Assembly: GCA_963422735.1 (NCBI GenBank)
Contig: OY730476.1
Span: forward strand, 960,001-1,024,000
Direction of reading: 5' to 3'
DNA: 64,000 nucleotides
Source: Candidatus Latescibacterota bacterium
GTDB taxonomy: Bacteria > Latescibacterota > UBA2968 > UBA8231
Below, piece after piece: positions 47,594 to 56,753 of this stretch. Position 1 is the first letter of the stretch, and every line of letters starts with the position of its first letter. Made by a program: the position numbers and the translations under genes. The notes below the pieces were generated by a model. The model worked only from the letters and a program-made list of their open reading frames with translations. It searched no databases and was not told the origin of the DNA.

Positions 47594-48049
47594 TTAGAGG
47601 TTCCACTGTGCGCGATAGGTTTCAATGGCCTGGGCGACCGCCTCATCGGACAGGGCGATGATTTGGGCCGCCAGCATGGCCGCATTGCGGGCGTTGTCAA
47701 TGCCGACGGTCGCCACCGGGATCCCCGGGGGCATCTGCACGATGGAGTAGAGAGAATCGACTCCGCGAAGCGCGCCCGAGGCAATAGGGACCCCGATGAC
47801 CGGCAGAGTCGTATGCGCCGCCACCACTCCGGGCAGAGCCGCAGCTAAGCCGGCACCGGCGATGATCACCTTGAGGCCGCGGCCAGCCGCCTCGCGGGCC
47901 CAAGTAGCGGTGCGCTCGGGGTTGCGGTGGGCCGAAGATACGACCATCTCGTAGCCGAGGCCTAGCTCTTCGAGCACCGCCGCCCCCTTGCGCATGATAT
48001 CCTCATCCGAGGTGCTGCCCATGATTACGCCAACGCGAATGTCTGCCAT
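47594..48049 (-). CDS. purE: N5-CAIR mutase
   Basis: MGSTSD, SAHRNP and [14 protein letters not shown] motifs. Confidence 0.95.
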   Translation of the reverse strand: MADIRVGVIMGSTSDEDIMRKGAAVLEELGLGYEMVVSSAHRNPERTATWAREAAGRGLKVIIAGAGLAAALPGVVAAHTTLPVIGVPIASGALRGVDSLYSIVQMPPGIPVATVGIDNARNAAMLAAQIIALSDEAVAQAIETYRAQWNL

Positions 48050-48137
48050 ATAAAAAACGTCCTCCCTGCGAATCCTATCGCACACAGTAACGATTAAGCG
48101 TTAAAATAAGCCAAATCGCCCGTGCGCGACAACCGCT

Positions 48138-49334
48138 CTAAGGAGCGTTCATTTTGCGGCGCAGGAAGGCGGGAATGTCCAAGTCGCCAACCGCAGGACG
48201 CACTGGCTCCTGATGCTCCTGGGGGGTGTCGTGGCCGTTGCGCAGATACGTGGGCACATCCAAGGAGGTGCCCGCATTGCCGACGAGGATCGGGCTGCCG
48301 GTGGTCAGCGGATCCGACTCCACGTCCTGCACCGACTCCTCTTGTTCGCGGGCCGGCCGCTCGGCTTCGCTGCCCTTGTTCAGGCTGAAGCCCGTAGCTA
48401 TGACCGTCACGCGGATATTCTCGGTCAAGCTGTTGTCGATTACGGTGCCGAAGATGATCTCGGCATCCGAGCCGGCGGCTTCGTTGATCAGCGACATGAC
48501 CTCGTTGACCTCGTAGAGCGTGAGATTGGAGTCGCTGGCGATATTGATCAACACGCCCTTGGCACCGGCGATCGATACGTCCTCTAAAAGCGGGCTGCTG
48601 ATCGCCTTGCGGGCAGCCTCCACGGCCCGCTCTTCGCCACTGTGCTCCCCGAGTCCCATAATCGCGTCCCCGCCCATGGAAATCACAGTGCGCACATCGT
48701 TGAAGTCGAGATTGACCATGCCCGGGATCGTAATCAGGTCGGAAATGCCGCGCGTGGCCTGCATCAGCACTTCGTCGGCCTTGAGAAACGCATCTTCGAG
48801 GGTAGTGTCGCGGCCGCAGACGGTCAGCAGACGCTGGTTCTTGATAGTGATCAGGGTGTCCACTTGGTCCTTTAGTTCGGCAATCCCGCTCTTGGCGTTT
48901 TTCATCCGCGGGCCGCCTTCCATTAGGAAAGGCTCGGTGACGATGCCGACCGTCAGGGCCCCTTGATCGCAGGCGATTTCCGCAACTGTGGGCGCGGCCC
49001 CCGTACCCGTGCCGCCGCCCATGCCAGCCGTGATGAAGATCAGATCCGAATCCTGTAGCTGCTTGGAAACCTTGTCGCGGTCTTCCTCGACGGCTTGCCG
49101 GCCCACTTCCGGGTCGGCACCAGCACCCAAGCCCCGCGTGACGCTGCCGCCAATGCAAATGGGGAAGTCGGCCCGCGAGGCCTCCAACGCCTGTGCATCC
49201 GTGTTGACAGCGACGAATTCGACGCCGTGCATTCCGGACTCGATCATGCGGTTGATGGCATTGCCGCCGCTGCCACCAACGCCGACGACCTTAATTCGCG
49301 CCCGATGCTCGTTGTCGATTAACCTAATTGCCAT
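48138..49334 (-). CDS. ftsZ: Cell division protein FtsZ
   Basis: GMGGGTGTG, NLDFND and C-terminal LDIPAFLR. Confidence 0.98.
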   Translation of the reverse strand: MAIRLIDNEHRARIKVVGVGGSGGNAINRMIESGMHGVEFVAVNTDAQALEASRADFPICIGGSVTRGLGAGADPEVGRQAVEEDRDKVSKQLQDSDLIFITAGMGGGTGTGAAPTVAEIACDQGALTVGIVTEPFLMEGGPRMKNAKSGIAELKDQVDTLITIKNQRLLTVCGRDTTLEDAFLKADEVLMQATRGISDLITIPGMVNLDFNDVRTVISMGGDAIMGLGEHSGEERAVEAARKAISSPLLEDVSIAGAKGVLINIASDSNLTLYEVNEVMSLINEAAGSDAEIIFGTVIDNSLTENIRVTVIATGFSLNKGSEAERPAREQEESVQDVESDPLTTGSPILVGNAGTSLDVPTYLRNGHDTPQEHQEPVRPAVGDLDIPAFLRRKMNAP

Positions 49335-49371
49335 GATTATTCCTCCTTGATTTTCGGGGCTAGCACCGCCG

Positions 49372-50544
49372 CTAGTCCCGTGGTTGTAACCACCTTTTTA
49401 CGCGCCCGAATACTGAATCGAAGGAATTTTCGACCAGCATCTGCGTTCCTTTTTGGTTTTTCTCCTCCTGCTGCTCCGCTTCGTAGAGAAGCAGGCCCAG
49501 CGCCGTAGCATACGGCGGGCTAGCTAGCTCTGTGGCCCCCTCAAACCTGACCGGGACGCCCAGACGCACAGGCATGCCAAAGACCTGCTCGGCCAAGGCC
49601 ACAGCTCCGGTAATTTGCGCTCCCCCGCCCGTGAGGACAATGCCCGCGCCTAGCGCGACATTGGGCAGCGCGGTATAGACCTGCCTGCGGGCTAGGGCCA
49701 ATATCTCTTCCATCCGCGCCTCGGCGATAAGGGCAACAGTTTCACTAGGCGCACCCGCGCACTTGACCCGTTCAGCCTCGGCCCGCGCGGTGCGCAGCCC
49801 AACGCCGATGTCGTTAGTCACATTCTGCCCACCCAATCCGATGATGCCCGAGTGGCGCACCCCTTTGCCAGCGAAGACCGCCACATCGGTCGTGCCACCG
49901 CCGATGTCGAGCAGGCAGACCCCCATCTGCTGCTCGTCCTCGCTGAGGACAGCGTAGCTCGAAGCAAGCGGACCAAGAACGACACTGCGCACCTCGACAC
50001 CAGCGCGGAGGATGCTGTGACAGATGTTCCGCACCGCGGCAACCGAGATGGTGACCACGTGTACACTCGCCTCTAAGCGCACTCCATACATACCCACAGG
50101 GTCGAGAATGCCCCGCTGGCCATTGACGGCAAATTCTTGGGGCAAAACGTGCAGCACCTCGCGGTCGAACGGCACTTTGACCACGCCGGCCGCAGCGAGG
50201 ACTCGGGCGCGGTCCTGTGTTCCGATCCATCCGCCTTCGCCGCCGACAGCCACCATGCCCGTGCTGTTGAGGCTGGCGATGTATTCGCCGGAAATGCCGG
50301 CGTACACCGAGTCGATTTCGACTCCAGCCATCAGCTCTGCTTGACGCATGGCCTCGCCAATGGCATGCACGGTCTTCTCTGCATCCACAATTGCCCCGCG
50401 CTGCATCCCCTCTGAGGGGCACTCGCCCATGCCGATAACCCGCAGCGGTCGCTCGGCGACCCGCTCGGCAATGACGGCGCAGACCTTGGTCGTACCCAAG
50501 TCTAGCCCAGCGACAATGGTGCTGCGCTCCTCACCCCAATTCAT
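49372..50544 (-). CDS. ftsA: Cell division protein FtsA
   Basis: GLDLGTTKV, DIGGGTTD and VLTGGGA motifs; lies before ftsZ. Confidence 0.95.
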   Translation of the reverse strand: MNWGEERSTIVAGLDLGTTKVCAVIAERVAERPLRVIGMGECPSEGMQRGAIVDAEKTVHAIGEAMRQAELMAGVEIDSVYAGISGEYIASLNSTGMVAVGGEGGWIGTQDRARVLAAAGVVKVPFDREVLHVLPQEFAVNGQRGILDPVGMYGVRLEASVHVVTISVAAVRNICHSILRAGVEVRSVVLGPLASSYAVLSEDEQQMGVCLLDIGGGTTDVAVFAGKGVRHSGIIGLGGQNVTNDIGVGLRTARAEAERVKCAGAPSETVALIAEARMEEILALARRQVYTALPNVALGAGIVLTGGGAQITGAVALAEQVFGMPVRLGVPVRFEGATELASPPYATALGLLLYEAEQQEEKNQKGTQMLVENSFDSVFGRVKRWLQPRD

Positions 50545-51347
50545 CCCGATTTCGCTTTCTTTTTGCCGACGACCATCTGGCCGGCATAGCGCAAGTCGAT
50601 ATAGGCCGGATCGGGATGGCTCTGATGGACGCGCGGCATCAGCTCGCGAATGGTGCGGAGCCGACGGTCGGCTTCGTTTGCGGGCAAGCGTACTTCGAGT
50701 CCATCGCCTACCATCTGCAAGCGAATACCCGCCCCAGACAACGGCTGGATGCCGGCCACGTTGAGGCAGAATTCCGCATCCGCGGCCGTGGCCTCCTCCC
50801 ACCAGCGCAGTATGGCCAGCAGCGCGGAATCCGGCACCGCCACGCCCGGCCTCAGCGAGTCGCCGCCGACGGACAGCCCGGATATGACGGGCAAATTGCG
50901 AGCGGTTGGACCTACGGGGAGCAGGACGCCATCGGGCGCGACCCCGTAGATCTGGTCCAAATCGACCCAAGCCACTTGGCGGTGCTCGACTATATCGACG
51001 GCAATGCGGTCGGGCGGCTTGCGCACCACGAGAGCCTGCTTGATCCAATACATGGCCTCTAGCCGCTGCGCGACTTCGTCCAAGTCAATGGCGAAAATGT
51101 TGGTCCCGGCCGCGAGGCCGCTGGCGGCATGCACATCTGCCCCGTCGAGCCGCCGCAACCCATCCACCTCAATGGACTTAAGGCCAAAGAAGGAAGCTCG
51201 GCCTAAGTAGGTGACCACCTGATAGGCCGCCAAGGTGCTGCCCGTGGCCAAGATCAAGAGCGCAATCCAAGGCCAGCGGGCCTTGCTGCGGCCTCGGGCC
51301 TCCACGGTTAGCGGCTTCTTGCGCGCCTTGGTCTTCTTGCGGTTCAC
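50541..51347 (-). CDS. ftsQ: Cell division protein FtsQ/DivIB
   Basis: Basic N-terminus, single TM, POTRA domain, YIDLRY. Confidence 0.9.
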   Translation of the reverse strand: MNRKKTKARKKPLTVEARGRSKARWPWIALLILATGSTLAAYQVVTYLGRASFFGLKSIEVDGLRRLDGADVHAASGLAAGTNIFAIDLDEVAQRLEAMYWIKQALVVRKPPDRIAVDIVEHRQVAWVDLDQIYGVAPDGVLLPVGPTARNLPVISGLSVGGDSLRPGVAVPDSALLAILRWWEEATAADAEFCLNVAGIQPLSGAGIRLQMVGDGLEVRLPANEADRRLRTIRELMPRVHQSHPDPAYIDLRYAGQMVVGKKKAKSG

Positions 51348-52729
51348 GAGCGCTCTCCGGCGGTCAAGGCCGCGATCAGCTCCTCAGCTACCTCGCCGAT
51401 GTCGCCGGCCCCCATGACCAGGACCAAGTCGCCCCGGCGACAGATAGCCACCAAGTGGGCGACGAGCTGCTCCCTGTCCGGCAGGTATTCCACAGCTTTG
51501 TACCCGCTCCTGTGCAAGGCTCTCGCGATCAGCTCGGAGTTCACGCCGGGCAGCGGGGCCTCCCGCGCGGCAAAGACCGCCGCCAGCACCACGTAGTCGG
51601 CCGCAGCTAGCTCGCGGGCAAAGGCCGCAGCCAATTCGCGGGTGCGCGAGTACAGGTGGGGCTGGAAAACGGCGATTACGCGGCGGCCACTCTGCCGCGC
51701 AGCGGCCAAGGCCGCAGCCAATTCGGCTGGGTGATGGGCGTAGTCGTCCACGACCAGCACACCGGCGAGTTCCCCCTTGCGCTGAAAGCGCCGATCGGCC
51801 CCGCCAAACTGCTCCAAGGCGTCGGCGATCACTGCGAACTCCACTTGTAGCGCACAAGTCAGCGCAGCGGCCCCAGCGGCATTGCGGACATTGTGTGCGC
51901 CGTGGACCTGCAACTCGATTTCGCCTAGCTTTTGCCCGTCGAAACACAGGGCAAACCGGCTGCCCCAAGCCCGCTCTTCGAGCTCGGCGATTCGAAAGTC
52001 GTTGTCGCCATCCATGCCATAAGTCTGATGGGGACGCTGCAAGTCGGCCAGCACCCGCTCCCCGACCAGCCCGTCCCCGGCCAGCACACTGCGGCCGCAG
52101 AAAGGCAGGCGCGCGAGAAATTGGCCGAAGGCCAGTTCAAGGGCCTTCAAGTTCCCATAGTAGTCGAGGTGTTCGGCGTCTATACCTGTCACGAGAGCCA
52201 AGCTCGGATACAGGTGCAAGAAGCCGCCGGCAAACTCATCGGCCTCTACCACGAAGACCTCGCCGCTGCCCGGCTCGGCCTGCGGCCGCCCATTTAGCCA
52301 GCCCCCGACCAAGACCTGGGGATCGAGGCCAGCGCAGCGCAAGATCGCCGCCACCATCGAAGCGGTCGTCGTCTTGCCGTGGGCACCGGCTATGGCAAGA
52401 GTCAACGGTACGCGGGACAGCTCCCCGAGCACCTCGGCCCGACTCGCTGTGGTAATTCCCTCTTGCGCGGCAGCCTGCCGCTCGGGGTTGTCAGCCGGTA
52501 CGGCAGCCGAATACACCACTAGATCCGCGCCTTGTACGAGCTCGCTGTCGTGCCCCACTGCGACGGCGAATCCCTCTTGGCGCAGCAGCGCGACGCTGCG
52601 CGAGTCGGCCTGATCCGAGCCGCTTACCACGCAGCCTTTGGCAGCGATAAGCCGGGCCAAGCCCTCCATGCCCGCCCCACCGATGCCGACGAGGTGAACG
52701 CGGCGATATTGGTCGAAAAGAGTCTTCAT
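51344..52729 (-). CDS. murC: UDP-N-acetylmuramate-L-alanine ligase
   Basis: GIGGAGM, GAHGKTTT, EADE, DDYAHHP and FQPHLYSRT motifs. Confidence 0.96.
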   Translation of the reverse strand: MKTLFDQYRRVHLVGIGGAGMEGLARLIAAKGCVVSGSDQADSRSVALLRQEGFAVAVGHDSELVQGADLVVYSAAVPADNPERQAAAQEGITTASRAEVLGELSRVPLTLAIAGAHGKTTTASMVAAILRCAGLDPQVLVGGWLNGRPQAEPGSGEVFVVEADEFAGGFLHLYPSLALVTGIDAEHLDYYGNLKALELAFGQFLARLPFCGRSVLAGDGLVGERVLADLQRPHQTYGMDGDNDFRIAELEERAWGSRFALCFDGQKLGEIELQVHGAHNVRNAAGAAALTCALQVEFAVIADALEQFGGADRRFQRKGELAGVLVVDDYAHHPAELAAALAAARQSGRRVIAVFQPHLYSRTRELAAAFARELAAADYVVLAAVFAAREAPLPGVNSELIARALHRSGYKAVEYLPDREQLVAHLVAICRRGDLVLVMGAGDIGEVAEELIAALTAGERS

Positions 52730-52731
52730 GA

Positions 52732-53856
52732 CTACCAACCCACCAAGCCATCTTGGTGTCCGGGGGCCGTGCGGGCGACCCCCAGCAAGATACCTACCCC
52801 TACCATGTTCCCCATCAGTGCCGAGCCTCCGTAACTGACAAAGGGCAGCGGTAAGCCAGTGGTGGGCAGTACCCCGATGACCACGCCGATGTTCAGCAGG
52901 GCGTATATCGAAATCATCGCCGTAATACCGACGGCGACCAAAAAACCATACGTATCGCCGGCGCGGGCCCCGATGCGCAGCCCGTAAAACGAGAACGCTG
53001 CGAAAAGCCCGCTAACGACCAGCGTACCCACAAGTCCCATTTCCTCGCCGATGACTGAGAAGACAAAATCCGTGTGTGGCTCGGGTAAGTACTGCTCTTT
53101 TTGCATGCTGTTGCCCAAACCCACCCCAAAAAGGCCGCCGTTGCCCATACCGCAGAGCGACTGCAAGAGTTGGTAGGAGCCAGCCGGATCGCGTTCTGGG
53201 TCAATAAAGTTGAGCAAACGACGCATCTGATAACTCGAATACATCAGGGAAAGCCCAATGCCCAACAGTGCGAGCAACCCGGCCCCGGCCAAGTGGTGCA
53301 AGCGCATTCCGCCGACCCACAGCATGATCAAGGCAATCAGCCCCAGCGCGATGGCCGTCCCCAAGTCGGGCTGTAATACGATGAGCACGAGGACGAAGCC
53401 GACGACCAACAAACGGGGGATAAACCCGCGGCTAAAATCGTGTAGCTCGTCGCGCTTGCGCACCAAGACATCCGCCAAGTAGAGCACCAAAGCCAGCTTG
53501 GCGAACTCGGCCGGCTGAAAGGCCAAGCCCCTGCCCAAGGCCGGAATGCTCAACCAGCGCTGGGCCGCGCCATGGCCCCACGCCAAGACCAGCAAGAGCG
53601 ACAAGAGGGCCAACAACATGATGGGGCGCGAAAGCCGAGCCCACCAATGCAAAGGCAGCCGCGAAAACGCGAGCGCGAGCACCAAACCGATGAGGACGCG
53701 GATGGATTGCTTCTTGAGGAAGAGGCCCGAGTCGCCAAAGCGCACATTCGCCAAAACCGAACTAGAGCTATAGACCATGACCAGTCCCAGACCTAGCAGC
53801 GTCATGCAGATCAGCAACACGCACATGCTGTCGCGCTGAACAGCTATCATCAGCAA
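52732..53856 (-). CDS. ftsW: SEDS protein FtsW
   Basis: FQPAEFAK, QPDLGT, LPEPHTDF and LPFVSYGGS motifs. Confidence 0.95.
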   Translation of the reverse strand: MLMIAVQRDSMCVLLICMTLLGLGLVMVYSSSSVLANVRFGDSGLFLKKQSIRVLIGLVLALAFSRLPLHWWARLSRPIMLLALLSLLLVLAWGHGAAQRWLSIPALGRGLAFQPAEFAKLALVLYLADVLVRKRDELHDFSRGFIPRLLVVGFVLVLIVLQPDLGTAIALGLIALIMLWVGGMRLHHLAGAGLLALLGIGLSLMYSSYQMRRLLNFIDPERDPAGSYQLLQSLCGMGNGGLFGVGLGNSMQKEQYLPEPHTDFVFSVIGEEMGLVGTLVVSGLFAAFSFYGLRIGARAGDTYGFLVAVGITAMISIYALLNIGVVIGVLPTTGLPLPFVSYGGSALMGNMVGVGILLGVARTAPGHQDGLVGW

Positions 53857-53904
53857 GGAACTCTATGTTGCTAGGGGATTGAGAATGCGCCCGGTGGGAG
53901 CGAG

Positions 53905-55281
53905 CTATCTCAACTGCTGCAGAATGCGTTCGACGACTCGGTCAAAGGCCATGGACCGAGAGGCCTTGACTAAGACCAAGTCGCCGTGACGCAATTGCGC
54001 CGCGGCGAATTCGCCGAGTTGCTCGGGCTGCTCGAAGTGGCGAGCCGCGTCTTGGGCCATGCCAGCCGCACGGGCCGCGGCCACCAAATGCACACTCTCG
54101 CGGCCAGCAGCCAGTACGACATCGGCGCACGCGGCGGCCTTCTCACCTACGGTCGCGTGCAACGGGCCGCTCTCCGCGCCGAGCTCTAGCATATCGCCGA
54201 GCACGGCAATTTTCCGCACACTAGGCACATCGAGGAGGAGGTCGAGTGCGGCTGACATCGAACCGGGGCTGGCGTTGTAGCAATCGTCGATTACTGATAC
54301 CCCGTTTTTGTACGCGATCTCGCCGCGCTGGCTCACCGCCCGAAAATCGGCGAGGGTACGCTGGATCTCTTCCCAAGGTACGCCAAGGATGCGGCCGATA
54401 GCGGCTGCCGCCAAGGCATTGTACGCGTTGTGTCGCCCCGGGATATTGAGATCAATGGGAACATGGTGTAGAAGGAAGTGGCCGCAGCCCTTCTGGTCGA
54501 GTACGAGCCTCTCCCCACGAAACTCGCTCTCACGCGCAAAACCGAAGGTCAGGAGTCTCCCCTTTGTCCTCTTTACCTCCTGAGCCACGACACGGTCATC
54601 GGCGTTGACGAGAGCCGTTAAAGACTCGTCCAGATAATCCAGAAGCTCCCCTTTGGCCTTGGCCACTCCTTCTACAGACCCGAAAAATTCTATGTGTGCA
54701 GTCCCGATGTTGAGCAAAACCCCAATGGTAGGCTCGGCAACCGAACACAGATAGCGAATGTCTCCCACCCGCCGCGCCGCCAGTTCCAATACCACCGCCT
54801 CGTGGCTCGGCGACAATTGCAGCAAAGTGCGGGGCAGCCCTATCTCGTTGTTCTCGTTGCCGATGGTTTTCAAAACGCGGTACCGCTGCCCCAAGACAGC
54901 GGCGATCATTTCCTTGGTCGTCGTCTTGCCCGTGCTGCCTACAACGGCCACCACCGGCACCTCCCAGCGCCGTCGATACGCCCGCGCCATATCGCCCAGC
55001 GCTCGCAGCGTCGAGCCGACGGCCAACAGCGGGCCGGAAGCCGCCCGGTCCAACCCTGGCCAACAACGCTCCACTAAGGCCGCGCACGCACCGCGGGCAA
55101 AGGCTGCCTCGACGAAATCGTGCCCATCGAAGCGCTCGCCCCGCAGCGCGACGAACAGCGCGCCCTCGTCAATGACCCGGCTGTCGGTTGCCACCGCTTG
55201 CAGGGCGCAATCCGGCTGGAGACTACCGACCAGGTCGGCAGCCGTCCATTGCACCATCTCGCTCAGGGTCACGGCGCGCAT
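53905..55281 (-). CDS. murF: UDP-MurNAc-tripeptide-D-Ala-D-Ala ligase
   Basis: GSTGKTTTKE, NNEIG, DCYNASP and VKASRS motifs. Confidence 0.95.
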   Translation of the reverse strand: MRAVTLSEMVQWTAADLVGSLQPDCALQAVATDSRVIDEGALFVALRGERFDGHDFVEAAFARGACAALVERCWPGLDRAASGPLLAVGSTLRALGDMARAYRRRWEVPVVAVVGSTGKTTTKEMIAAVLGQRYRVLKTIGNENNEIGLPRTLLQLSPSHEAVVLELAARRVGDIRYLCSVAEPTIGVLLNIGTAHIEFFGSVEGVAKAKGELLDYLDESLTALVNADDRVVAQEVKRTKGRLLTFGFARESEFRGERLVLDQKGCGHFLLHHVPIDLNIPGRHNAYNALAAAAIGRILGVPWEEIQRTLADFRAVSQRGEIAYKNGVSVIDDCYNASPGSMSAALDLLLDVPSVRKIAVLGDMLELGAESGPLHATVGEKAAACADVVLAAGRESVHLVAAARAAGMAQDAARHFEQPEQLGEFAAAQLRHGDLVLVKASRSMAFDRVVERILQQLR

Positions 55282-56753
55282 GATAGCTGCCTTTCCCCAG
55301 TGTGCAAACCCCGCAGCACGCGCCGCGCAACTTCGCGGTCGTCAAAGGCCACGACGCGATCGGCTAGCTCCTGTTCCTGTTCGTGCCCCTTGCCGGCAAT
55401 GACCACCACATCCCCGCCGCGCGCTGTGGTGAGAGCCTTGGCAATGGCTTGCGCGCGGTCAACTTCGCTGTGTACCGCGTGTCTGTCGGGTGCGCCGGCG
55501 GCCATCTCGTCGATGATGCACTGCGGATTCTCGCTGCGCGGGTTGTCCGAAGTCAAGACCGTCCAATCGGCCCACTCACCAGCGATGCGGCCCATCAGTG
55601 AACGCTTGCTGCGATCTCGATCCCCGCCGCAGCCGCAGACGCAGATCAAGCGGCCACTCCCCAAGTCGCGGGCGGCGCACAAAATCATTTCCAGCGCGTC
55701 CGGGGTGTGGGCGTAATCCACGATGACCGCGAAGTCCTGCCCCTCGACAATCTGCTCGCAGCGGCCCGGTACGCTCTCTAGGGCGGCCAAGCCACGGCAC
55801 AGAGCCGCGGCATCCAAATCCAATGCCAACCCGGTGGCCACGACGGCCATGGCGTTGTAGTAATTGAAGCGGCCGATCAAATGCGTCTGCACCTCGATGG
55901 GGCCGGCTGGGGTGTCCAAGCACAGCTGCGTCCCCTGCGGGCCAGCAGCCGCGCTTTGCAACCTCACCTCGGCCTCTGGACTACAACCGTACGTCACGAC
56001 GCACGCCTTTGTCCTGCGGGCCAATTCGTCGGCGCGGGCATCGTCGGTGTTAATCACCGCAATCCCACCTTCTTGCAGGCCTTCAAAAAGCCGGGCCTTG
56101 GCCGCAAAGTACGCCTCCCAAGTCCCGTGAAAATCCAAGTGATCGCGCGTCAGATTGGTAAAGATCGCCGCCCGGAAGGAAATGCCCTCCACCCTTTTTA
56201 ATGCCAGCCCATGGGAAGACACTTCTAGCACGGCCGCTCGCTTGCCGGCATCGACGAGCCGGCGCAGTAAGCCGTGGAGTTGGGCGGCCTCGGGCGTAGT
56301 ATTGTCCATCTTCTCCAATGCGCCATCGCCCCAGAATCCCAAGGTCCCCAAGTACCCGCACGGCAAACCGGCAGCTTCGAGGGCGCTCCTGAGCAGGAAG
56401 GCGGTGGTGGTCTTGCCATTGGTGCCGGTGACTCCGACGTTGAGCAGTGCTCGTCCGGGAAAGGCGTAAAAACGCGCTGCCATTCGGGCCAACGCGGCCC
56501 GACAGTCCGCCACCTGTACCCGCGTTGCCCCGGCACAATCGATCCGCTCCTCCACCATCACGGCGCGGGCACCGCGGGCTATAGCATGGTCGACAAAGCG
56601 GTGCCGGTCCTGCTCCTGCCCCCCGCGCACGGCCACGAAAAGGTCGCCTTCCTCCACGCAGCGCGAATCGCAGCGGATCTGCCCTAGATCAATATCTCGG
56701 TCGCCCTCCACGCAGGCGTCAGGCAACTCTTCGAGTAGGTATTTTAGTTCCAT
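55269..56753 (-). CDS. murE: UDP-MurNAc-dipeptide-mDAP ligase
   Basis: GTNGKTT, EVSSH, DYAHTPD, DNPR (mDAP type) and AGKGHE motifs. Confidence 0.95.
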   Translation of the reverse strand: MELKYLLEELPDACVEGDRDIDLGQIRCDSRCVEEGDLFVAVRGGQEQDRHRFVDHAIARGARAVMVEERIDCAGATRVQVADCRAALARMAARFYAFPGRALLNVGVTGTNGKTTTAFLLRSALEAAGLPCGYLGTLGFWGDGALEKMDNTTPEAAQLHGLLRRLVDAGKRAAVLEVSSHGLALKRVEGISFRAAIFTNLTRDHLDFHGTWEAYFAAKARLFEGLQEGGIAVINTDDARADELARRTKACVVTYGCSPEAEVRLQSAAAGPQGTQLCLDTPAGPIEVQTHLIGRFNYYNAMAVVATGLALDLDAAALCRGLAALESVPGRCEQIVEGQDFAVIVDYAHTPDALEMILCAARDLGSGRLICVCGCGGDRDRSKRSLMGRIAGEWADWTVLTSDNPRSENPQCIIDEMAAGAPDRHAVHSEVDRAQAIAKALTTARGGDVVVIAGKGHEQEQELADRVVAFDDREVARRVLRGLHTGERQLSCAP

